From Thermoproteota archaeon (GTDB lineage Archaea > Korarchaeota > Korarchaeia > Korarchaeales > Korarchaeaceae), in assembly GCA_027491735.1 (NCBI GenBank), contig JAOZGP010000009.1:1-33887 (forward strand): 33,887 nucleotides of DNA, written 5' to 3'. Within the stretch, counting starts at the first letter, position 1; every line of letters starts with the position of its first letter. Shown piece after piece: positions 1-7,227 of the stretch. The notes under the pieces were generated by a model that did not search any database, had not been told where the DNA came from, and saw only the letters and a program-made list of their open reading frames with translations. Made by a program: the position numbers and the translations under genes.

Positions 1-82
1 CGCAGCATTCGTGGCGGAGAGCCTTTCCGTCCCGATCCACTGGGTGTCTTCGGAGGTGGTCCGCGCACCCCGATCGGGGTTC
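1..82 (-). other. GC-rich structured segment, possible 5' end of a leftward non-coding transcript or leader (truncated by window edge)
   Basis: Clearly more GC-rich than the flanking sequence. Perfect 14-bp palindrome ACCCCGATCGGGGT at 67-80. Minus-strand CAAAATCTTCATAAAAG (BRE/TATA-like) lies about 25 nt upstream. Identity unknown. Confidence 0.3.
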
Positions 83-179
83 ATACGTTGCTGAATCATT
101 CACTTTTATGAAGATTTTGATGTCACGGAGGCCATTGCACGTGAGGTATGCAACATTGTAAGTTCGTCCCTTCATAAAG

Positions 180-194
180 GAAAACCCTTAAAAA
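180..194 (+). promoter_or_regulatory. BRE-TATA promoter candidate for the rpl7ae operon
   Basis: GAAAACCCTTAAAAA just over 30 nt upstream of ATG 227. Similar AAA-N-TTWAAA/TTTTTA boxes occur near 1103, 2998, 4735, 6311 and 6481. Confidence 0.55.
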
Positions 195-226
195 TCTCTC
201 TCCCTGAACTTGTGAGGGGATGAAGA

Positions 227-616
227 ATGACCGCTGGTGACAAACCTTTCTATGTGAAATTTGAAACACCACAAGAACTAGTTCCCAAGATCTATGAGCT
301 TGTTAATCTATCCAGAACATCTGGAGGGAAGGTGAGAAAGGGGGTCAACGAGACGACCAAATCTGTTGAGAGAGGAGAGGCTAGGCTCGTCGTGATAGCG
401 GAGGATGTCAGCCCCCCCGAGATAGTCGCTCATCTGCCTCTTCTCTGCGATGAGAAGAAGATACCCTATATATATGTACCGAGCAAGCAGGAACTTGGAA
501 GGGCTTCGGGTATAGAGGTCAGCGCCTCATCTATAGCAATTGTAGATCCTGGTCAAGCGTCTAACCTCCTTGAGGCGATAGTGGATAAAATAAAGGAGCT
601 TCGTGGAAGTTCGTAG
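227..616 (+). CDS. rpl7ae: 50S ribosomal protein L7Ae
   Basis: [42 protein letters not shown] and ELGRASGI are L7Ae signature motifs. Confidence 0.97.
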   Translation: MTAGDKPFYVKFETPQELVPKIYELVNLSRTSGGKVRKGVNETTKSVERGEARLVVIAEDVSPPEIVAHLPLLCDEKKIPYIYVPSKQELGRASGIEVSASSIAIVDPGQASNLLEAIVDKIKELRGSS

Positions 617-687
617 CGTTTTCCAACATAATTTTATTAGGAGGGCGGGACATCTTTATGAGGATTTTTGCGGTCTAAGGGGGTGGC

Positions 688-912
688 GTGAAGATGTCCT
701 CAGAGGAGGATAAGGCCTATCCAGCGGAGGTCGTCGAGATAATAGGTAGGACGGGAATAGCTGGGGATGTGATACAGGTCAGGGCCAAGGTACTTACTGG
801 GAGAGACAGAGGGCGAGTTCTCACGAGGAACGTTAGGGGTCCTGTAAGAGTTGGAGACATTTTACTTCTCAGAGAGACAGAGATGGAGGCCAGAAAGCTT
901 AAACCCAGATGA
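688..912 (+). CDS. rps28e: 30S ribosomal protein S28e
   Basis: [20 protein letters not shown] and [23 protein letters not shown]. Start is GTG 688 or ATG 694. Confidence 0.96.
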   Translation: MKMSSEEDKAYPAEVVEIIGRTGIAGDVIQVRAKVLTGRDRGRVLTRNVRGPVRVGDILLLRETEMEARKLKPR

Positions 913-925
913 AGAGGTGTTTATC

Positions 926-1105
926 TTGAGCGGTAGAGGTCTACTTCGACGGTGCAAGTTCTGCGGTAAGGAGATAAAACCCGCCGAGGGAATGATGTAC
1001 GTCAAATCGGATGGAACTATCTGGTATTTCTGTTCATCTAAGTGCCGGAAGAACATGATAAACCTTAGGAGAAGTCCAAAGAGATTCAAGTGGGCCTCCG
1101 TATAA
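926..1105 (+). CDS. rpl24e: 50S ribosomal protein L24e
   Basis: CKFCGKEIKPAEGMMYVKSDG...FCSSKCRKN zinc-binding motif. ORF track starts at 851, but TTG 926 after the SD-like GAGGTG is more likely. Confidence 0.93.
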   Translation: MSGRGLLRRCKFCGKEIKPAEGMMYVKSDGTIWYFCSSKCRKNMINLRRSPKRFKWASV

Positions 1106-1152
1106 ACCTTTTATTTCTTCAGATTCTCCGGCCTCTCAGGAGGGGAACCTTC

Positions 1153-2940
1153 TTGTCGAAGGAAAGGAAGATCTACAGGCAGCCATTAGTTGCTGTTCTA
1201 GGGCACGTCGATGCAGGTAAAACCTCGCTTCTTGACTGTATAAGAAAAACCCGTATTACCTACAAGGAGCCGGGAGCAATAACTCAGCACATGGGCGCGT
1301 CTGAGGTTCCCTCCTCGGTGGTGAAGAGGATCTGTACCCCAATATTTAAGAGGCTTGGAATGAAGTTCGAGCTCAAGACCAGAGGCCTCCTCTTCATAGA
1401 TCTTCCGGGTCACGAGGCGTTTGCGAATCTGAGGAAAAGAGGCGGCTCTCTAGCAGACATAGCGATACTGGTGGTGGATATACATGGTGGAGTTCAGCCT
1501 CAGACTGTCGAGTCCATTGAAATACTTAAAGCGCGTAGAACCCCTTTTGTTGTCGCTTTAAATAAGATAGACAGAATTTCGGGCTGGAGTCCTCATGAAG
1601 GAATGCCATTCATAGAATCGATAAACAAACAGAATCCTCGCGTGGTTGCGGAGCTTGAGAACCACCTATACAGAGTGGTCTCACAGCTGGGGGAACTTGG
1701 TTTTGACTCCGAGAGATATGATAGGGTAAGGGATTTCACTAAGACGTTGGCGATAGTGCCAACCAGTGCTAAGACGGGAGAGGGGGTTCCGGATCTGTTG
1801 GCGATTTTGATAGGGTTAGTTCAAAAGTATATGCTAGACAAGCTCGAGGTGAGGGAGAGCAAGGGCAGAGGAACTGTGCTCGAGGTGAAGAAGGAGAGCG
1901 GATTAGGGACGGTCATCACGGCGATCATATATGACGGTACGGTGAAGGAAGGCGACATCATTCTTATCGGAGGAATTAGAGATTGTGTAATCACTAAGGT
2001 AAGAGCGCTCCTGAGACCAAAGCCCTTGGAGGAGATAAGATCCCCGAAAGCAAAGTTTGTGAGAGTTAGCTCAGCGAAGGCGGCGTCTGGCGTTATGATC
2101 GTGGCTCCTGATTTAGATAAGGTGATACCAGGGGCCCCTATTTACGTTGTGACCTCAGAAGATGAGATATATGAGATTAAGGGGCAACTACGCAGGGAGA
2201 TCGAGGCAATCCTGATAAGGTCTGACAGAGTTGGTATAATAATAAAAGCGGATGCGTTGGGCTCGTTGGAGGCCATAGTGAACCAACTCAGGAGAGAGGG
2301 CATACCGATCAGAAAAGGTGACATTGGAGACGTTACGAGAAGTGACGTCTTTGAGGCATCGGTTATAAGAGAGAAGGATGAGAAGTATGCCACGATTCTA
2401 GCATTTAACGTGCGAGTCCCTCCAGAGATCATGGAGGAGGCGTCCTCAAGACACGTAAAAATAATACAAAGTAGAGTTATATATGAACTAATAGAAGGTT
2501 TTAGGAGACACCTTGAGGATGTTGAGAGACGAATGGAGGAGAGGATACTGGCTTCCGTGACATTTCCGGCGGAAATTAAAGTTCTTCCAGGAATGATTTT
2601 CAGAAATAGTAATCCAGCCATAGTAGGTGTTGAGGTGGTTTTAGGAAGGATACTGCCAGGGTATCATCTCATAAACGAAAGAGGAAAAGGTGTGGGATAC
2701 ATACTGGAGATACAGCAAGAGGGAGTCAGGAAGACGGAAGCAAGAGCGGGCGATAGAGTAGCTATCTCCATCAAGGGAGGGATTGTTGGTAGGAATATCA
2801 AGGAGGGAAGGTCTTTGTTCACAGATGTCAGGAACATCACCGACGATAAGACTCGGGAGATCTTTTTCTCGAAGCTCAGCGATGCTGAGAAACAACTGTA
2901 CCGGAGGATCCTCCTGATAAAGTATGGAGGTCCTCAGTAG
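1153..2940 (+). CDS. infB: Translation initiation factor aIF5B (IF-2)
   Basis: RQPLVAVLGHVDAGKT, GAITQHMGA, DLPGHEAFANLR, NKID and KADALGSLEA. ORF track starts at 1090; TTG 1153 after AGGAGGGG is more likely. Confidence 0.96.
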   Translation: MSKERKIYRQPLVAVLGHVDAGKTSLLDCIRKTRITYKEPGAITQHMGASEVPSSVVKRICTPIFKRLGMKFELKTRGLLFIDLPGHEAFANLRKRGGSLADIAILVVDIHGGVQPQTVESIEILKARRTPFVVALNKIDRISGWSPHEGMPFIESINKQNPRVVAELENHLYRVVSQLGELGFDSERYDRVRDFTKTLAIVPTSAKTGEGVPDLLAILIGLVQKYMLDKLEVRESKGRGTVLEVKKESGLGTVITAIIYDGTVKEGDIILIGGIRDCVITKVRALLRPKPLEEIRSPKAKFVRVSSAKAASGVMIVAPDLDKVIPGAPIYVVTSEDEIYEIKGQLRREIEAILIRSDRVGIIIKADALGSLEAIVNQLRREGIPIRKGDIGDVTRSDVFEASVIREKDEKYATILAFNVRVPPEIMEEASSRHVKIIQSRVIYELIEGFRRHLEDVERRMEERILASVTFPAEIKVLPGMIFRNSNPAIVGVEVVLGRILPGYHLINERGKGVGYILEIQQEGVRKTEARAGDRVAISIKGGIVGRNIKEGRSLFTDVRNITDDKTREIFFSKLSDAEKQLYRRILLIKYGGPQ

Positions 2941-3077
2941 GAGAGAAATACGAAGACGAGGAGGAGATCTCTAACTCTTGCTCCTTCCTCCTCCGTGAAA
3001 AAGCCCTTTAAACTTTTTAATACTACCACGTGGTAACTCTCCTGATAACTTCGAAAGCCTTTGAGGGGGAGAAAGAC

Positions 3078-3482
3078 TTGGTGGAAATCGTGTTGGACAT
3101 AGCTGATCCAAAAAGTGGTAAAACGTACCACGTTAAGCTTGGTGATGAGGCTTCATCCCACCTTATAGGGAGGAGGATTGGAGAAGTCATTGCCGGAGAT
3201 CCGCTGGGATTAGAGAGCTATAAACTCAAGATAACCGGAGGGGCTGATGTAGATGGATTTTCTATGCATCCCTCCGTTCATGGGACAAGGAAGGTTAGGG
3301 TCATCCTCTCGAGACCTCCTGGCTTCCACCCGACGGAAAAGGGTGAGAGAAGATCCAAGCTCGTTAGAGGCAATATAATAAGCGATGCCACCAAACAGGT
3401 TAACATGGCCGTGATCGAGTACGGTAAGGTTCCACTAGAGCAGTTACTTGGCGAGAAGGAGGATACGAAAGGATCAGGGTGA
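3078..3482 (+). CDS. rps6e: 30S ribosomal protein S6e
   Basis: IADPKSGKTY, LIGRRIGE, KLKITGGADVDGFSM and GERRSKLVRGNIIS. Start is TTG 3078 or GTG 3081 after GAGGGGG (ORF track 3030). Confidence 0.93.
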   Translation: MVEIVLDIADPKSGKTYHVKLGDEASSHLIGRRIGEVIAGDPLGLESYKLKITGGADVDGFSMHPSVHGTRKVRVILSRPPGFHPTEKGERRSKLVRGNIISDATKQVNMAVIEYGKVPLEQLLGEKEDTKGSG

Positions 3483-3488
3483 AATTAG

Positions 3489-4736
3489 TTGAGAGATGAG
3501 GAGAGAAGACAGCCCGAGATGAACGTAGGTACTGCTGGTCATGTAGATCACGGAAAGTCAACTTTGGTGCAGGCTCTCACGGGAGTTTGGCCTGAAAAAC
3601 ATAGTGAAGAACTTAGAAAGGGAATTACCATAAAGTTGGGATACGCTAATGCTGAGCTGAGAAAGTGCCCCAGCTGCGAGGAGCCGCGCTGCTACACAAC
3701 GAGCAGGACGTGTCCATACGATGGAAGCAAGACGGTCCTCCTAAGGAAGATATCTTTCGTGGATTGTCCTGGCCATGATACCCTCATGGCCACCATGCTC
3801 TCAGGAGCAACCCTCATGGATGCTGCGCTTTTAGTGATAGCAGCGAATGAACCAGTTCCACAACCTCAGACTCGAGAACATCTTGCAGCTCTGAAGATCA
3901 TGGGTATTGAAAATATAATCGTTGTCCAGACTAAAGTTGAGCTCGTGAGTGAGGAGGAGGCCATAAAGAACTACGAGGGAATAGTCGAATTCCTGAGAAA
4001 GGAGCTTGATCAGGTTCCTCCTGTAATACCGGTCTCGGCACTTCATAATGTAAATATAAACTACTTGATAAGAGAGATGGTACGTAGATTCATACCCCCG
4101 GAGAGGGATCCAACCAAGCCCCCCCAGATGCTCGTGGCCAGATCCTTCGACATAAATAAACCAGGAACTCCACCGGAAAAACTTCAAGGAGGAGTTCTAG
4201 GTGGAGCGATATCTCAAGGAGTCTTTAGGATAGGAGATGAGATAGAGATAAGACCTGGTGCCTATTTTAAGGGAAGGTACATTCCGCTTACAACGGAGAT
4301 AGTGAGTCTCAAGTCTGAGGACATTGATCTAGAGGAGGCCAGACCAGGAGGACTTATAGGAGTTGGAACTAAGTTGGATCCAGCATTGACGAAGGCCGAT
4401 GGGATGAAAGGAAATGTCGTTGGTCTTATTAATGAGTTACCACCTATTTTCTCAGAGATAGATCTGGAGATCACCTTGTTTGAGAGGATAGTTGGTTTCA
4501 AGGAGGAGTTGAAGGTCACTCCTCCTGAGAAGGGAAGGCTCATTCAAATAAATGTCGGAACGGCAACTGTGCCAGCCATAGTCAAGGACTTTAGGAATGA
4601 TCTCTACACGTTCACGTTAAAGATACCAATATGCAGTGATGTAGGTCACAGAACGGCAATATCCACTAGAATAGGCGGGAGATGGAGACTGATAGGATAC
4701 GGGGTGATAAAAAGCGGTAGGGAGTATAAGCCATAA
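3489..4736 (+). CDS. eif2g: Translation initiation factor aIF2 gamma subunit
   Basis: QPEMNVGTAGHVDHGKST, GITIKLGYA, zinc-knuckle Cys, SFVDCPGH, RSFDINKPG and WRLIGYG. Confidence 0.97.
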   Translation: MRDEERRQPEMNVGTAGHVDHGKSTLVQALTGVWPEKHSEELRKGITIKLGYANAELRKCPSCEEPRCYTTSRTCPYDGSKTVLLRKISFVDCPGHDTLMATMLSGATLMDAALLVIAANEPVPQPQTREHLAALKIMGIENIIVVQTKVELVSEEEAIKNYEGIVEFLRKELDQVPPVIPVSALHNVNINYLIREMVRRFIPPERDPTKPPQMLVARSFDINKPGTPPEKLQGGVLGGAISQGVFRIGDEIEIRPGAYFKGRYIPLTTEIVSLKSEDIDLEEARPGGLIGVGTKLDPALTKADGMKGNVVGLINELPPIFSEIDLEITLFERIVGFKEELKVTPPEKGRLIQINVGTATVPAIVKDFRNDLYTFTLKIPICSDVGHRTAISTRIGGRWRLIGYGVIKSGREYKP

Positions 4737-4770
4737 AGGTTAAAATAGCTGAATTGGTGAGGTCTTTCGC

Positions 4771-4862
4771 GCGGCCGTGGTCTAGCCTGGACAGGATGTG
4801 GGCCCTCCATCTTCTCCTCCGGGGGAGAGCCCAAGACCCGGGTTCAAATCCCGGCGGCCGCA
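4771..4862 (+). tRNA. tRNA-Gly (anticodon TCC) with an 18-nt intron at 37/38 (4810-4827)
   Basis: Acceptor stem GCGGCCG/CGGCCGC with A73. D arm GTCT...GGAT. Anticodon stem TGGGC/GCCCA. T arm CCGGG-TTCAAAT-CCCGG. BHB-like splice motif CA|T, CCTC/GGGG, AG|A. G1-C2-G3 acceptor is typical of Gly. Position 33 is C. Confidence 0.8.
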
Positions 4863-4882
4863 TATTTCTCCTTTATTGTCCT

Positions 4883-5899
4883 TCAAAGCTTTTCCTCTCG
4901 GAGATCGATCATGTGAAGAGAATCCGGTCCGGTGCTTATTAAGGTAACTGGGACGCCTACCTCATCCTCAACTTTCTCGATAAAATCTCTAGCCTCTCCT
5001 GTGAGCGCATCCGACTTCGTGACTCCTCTAATCTCAGGGAAGAGTATATCCAGTTTCGTAAGTGCTATCTGTGTAGCGCTGTTTAGCATCACCGCTCTCC
5101 TGGCCAGCTTGAAATTGAAGGGTGCTGCTCTCCTAACCCTTCCAGTAACGGTGGCTACTTCATAGAGGCCTCTTCTTTTAGCCTCCTCCACTGAGTATTC
5201 GCCCTCCAGTGGGCCTCCTCCAACTCTCGTCACGTAGGACTTGAAGACAACAACTATCTCGTCAACTTTCTTTGGACCAACGCCGACATCTGAGCAAATA
5301 GCGGAGGCGGTGGTGTCCTTCGAGGTGCAATAAGGGTAGTGGTCCGTATGCCATAGCGAGAGAAATGTTCCCTGCGTGCCTTCAATTAAGACTCTTTTCC
5401 CGGAATCTATTGCCTCATTGACCAGAAAGGGAACGTCCTCAACAAATTTAGTGAGATATGGAATATCTCTGGCTAGTTTAAGTCTTCTAAGAGCTCTATC
5501 GGCGTTAGCTGGGCCTGTTCCCGTCCCCGTTGTGCCGACCCTGCCCCGCAGATGTTCGCTTCCTCGGTCTGCTTCTACATGTTTAGGTTCAATTATACCA
5601 CAGTGTCCATCTAGAAAGACTCTCCCCTCTACTCCTGTACTCGAAACCTCTGAGAGGAAAACCTCAGGGTTCACCAGCACTCCCGGTCCTATCAGAAGAA
5701 GAGCCCTCTCATTCACGAATGCTGAGGGTATCTGCCGAAGCTTGTACTCACGTCCGTTGTGGATAACTGTATGACCAGCGTTTGGTCCGACGCCGCCTCT
5801 TACCCCTAGGTCAGCATTGTCCTTCAGAGCCAGATAGCTCAGGACCTTGCCTTTGCCCTCATCACCATAAAACCCACCTACAACCACATAAACGGACAT
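4883..5899 (-). CDS. purA: Adenylosuccinate synthetase (short archaeal type)
   Basis: GGFYGDEGKGK, GPNAGHT, VGTTGTGTGP, IEGTQG and TKLDIL; 338 aa. Confidence 0.96.
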   Translation of the reverse strand: MSVYVVVGGFYGDEGKGKVLSYLALKDNADLGVRGGVGPNAGHTVIHNGREYKLRQIPSAFVNERALLLIGPGVLVNPEVFLSEVSSTGVEGRVFLDGHCGIIEPKHVEADRGSEHLRGRVGTTGTGTGPANADRALRRLKLARDIPYLTKFVEDVPFLVNEAIDSGKRVLIEGTQGTFLSLWHTDHYPYCTSKDTTASAICSDVGVGPKKVDEIVVVFKSYVTRVGGGPLEGEYSVEEAKRRGLYEVATVTGRVRRAAPFNFKLARRAVMLNSATQIALTKLDILFPEIRGVTKSDALTGEARDFIEKVEDEVGVPVTLISTGPDSLHMIDLREEKL

Positions 5900-5978
5900 G
5901 ATCTATCGAGGGAAGGGAGCAGGGAAAGATTTTAAGTTTTTATAAGGAGAGGAGAGAGTGCAGGGGCAGGGAGGGTCA

Positions 5979-6311
5979 ATGAACGAGAATGAAAAGGACA
6001 TCGAAGAGCTCTTAGGACTCATGAGACCCCTCGTCTCTAGATATGCCGAGATCAAAGGATTTAAGGAGGAGAAGTCCAAGAAGTTACTTTTCGATCTTGT
6101 AGCAGCCTTTATGAACTCGTTAACCTCCGAAAAAATACCGGAAGTAGAGGAGTGGATGAGCATCGCATATAGAGCCAAGAGAATTCCTGTTTGTAGACAT
6201 CCCTGCCTGTTCTCAGAGGATCTAGAGAGGGTCCTCATAAGCCACAAATTCAGAGAGTTTCACTTCAAGGTAATAAATGAGAGGATTTCAAGGTTGAGAG
6301 GGGGAGATTGA
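5979..6311 (+). CDS. Hypothetical protein (about 110 aa, helical)
   Basis: ORF with SD-like GGGAGGG before ATG 5979 (track 5958). TTTTTATAA box upstream. Fills the gap between purA and tRNA-Thr. No recognised motif. Confidence 0.7.
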   Translation: MNENEKDIEELLGLMRPLVSRYAEIKGFKEEKSKKLLFDLVAAFMNSLTSEKIPEVEEWMSIAYRAKRIPVCRHPCLFSEDLERVLISHKFREFHFKVINERISRLRGGD

Positions 6312-6353
6312 AAACCTTTTTATTGGGCTCCTCTCCTTAAAAGATTCGACTAC

Positions 6354-6428
6354 GCCCCGGTAGCTCAGCCTGGATGGAGCGCCCGCTTGGTAAGCGGGAG
6401 GTCGCGGGTTCGAAGCCCGCCCGGGGCT
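6354..6428 (+). tRNA. tRNA-Thr (GGT)
   Basis: Acceptor GCCCCGG/CCGGGGC with T73. Anticodon arm CCCGC-TT-GGT-AA-GCGGG. T loop TTCGAAG. No encoded CCA. Confidence 0.96.
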
Positions 6429-6530
6429 CTTAACTCCTCCTGGCCAATAGCCATCCAGGACAGGGTATGGTTCATCCGGAGAAAACCTTTAAGAGAACCC
6501 GAGAAGAAATCTTTAAGAGCGTGAGGATTA

Positions 6531-7130
6531 ATGGTGCTAGCTACAGCACTGGGTGTGAGGTTCTCGGACGGAGTTGTGCTAGCGGCTGATAGAAGGGTAT
6601 CCTATGGCAGCTTCATCCTAAGCAAATCAGCTAAAAAGGTGCTGAAATTAAACAACTTCACAGGACTAGCGATGGCAGGACTGCCAGGAGACTTCCAGGA
6701 GCTTAGTGAAGTGATACTCTACAACATCTCCTTGTATGAAATGGAAATAGAGAAGACCGTAGGTCCGACAAGCGTCGCCAAGCTGGCTTCCGTTGTCCTC
6801 TATCAGAGCAGATTCACTCGACCGGTTTACGCTGAGATATTAGTTGGAGGGGTAGATCCTGATGGATCTCCCAAGCTCATAGTTTTAGATCCAGCGGGTG
6901 GTCTTCTTGAGGAGAACTACGCAGCTGTGGGTACAGGAGCTCAGCTGGCGACCGGAATACTCGAAAGAAGCTACCATGCAAAGCTCACTGAGGATGAAGC
7001 GCTAATACTAGCTGAAAAAGCTATGAGAGGAGCCGTAGAAAGGGATTCTCTGTCGGGGGATGGTGTTGATTTGCTCATTATATCCAAAGGTGGAACTAGA
7101 GAGAAGTTCATCCCCCTGAGAGTGGGATAA
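6531..7130 (+). CDS. psmB: 20S proteasome beta subunit (beta1-like, probably non-catalytic)
   Basis: ATALGVRFSDGVVLAADRRVSYG, AGLPGD, YAAVGTG and RDSLSGDGVD. Lacks the G-TTT autoprocessing site. Confidence 0.92.
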   Translation: MVLATALGVRFSDGVVLAADRRVSYGSFILSKSAKKVLKLNNFTGLAMAGLPGDFQELSEVILYNISLYEMEIEKTVGPTSVAKLASVVLYQSRFTRPVYAEILVGGVDPDGSPKLIVLDPAGGLLEENYAAVGTGAQLATGILERSYHAKLTEDEALILAEKAMRGAVERDSLSGDGVDLLIISKGGTREKFIPLRVG

Positions 7131-7227
7131 TAGCTTTTTCATGATTATTCTACTGTGCAAATATATGTTTGTTGTTATTTATGGTGGTTAGTTATTTAGT
7201 TTGTGTTAGGGATAAGGAGGGGTTCCG

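Noticed and set aside
4800-4832. Alternative reading of the intron tRNA as anticodon CCA (Trp or recoding)
   Set aside because: Shifting the register by one breaks the D stem, creates a C-A mismatch in the anticodon stem and loses the BHB geometry. The acceptor is Gly-type.
4646-4942. Short ORFs 4646-4834, 4666-4863 and 4754-4942
   Set aside because: They are shadows of the GC-rich tRNA-Gly gene and its flanks, with no protein motifs.
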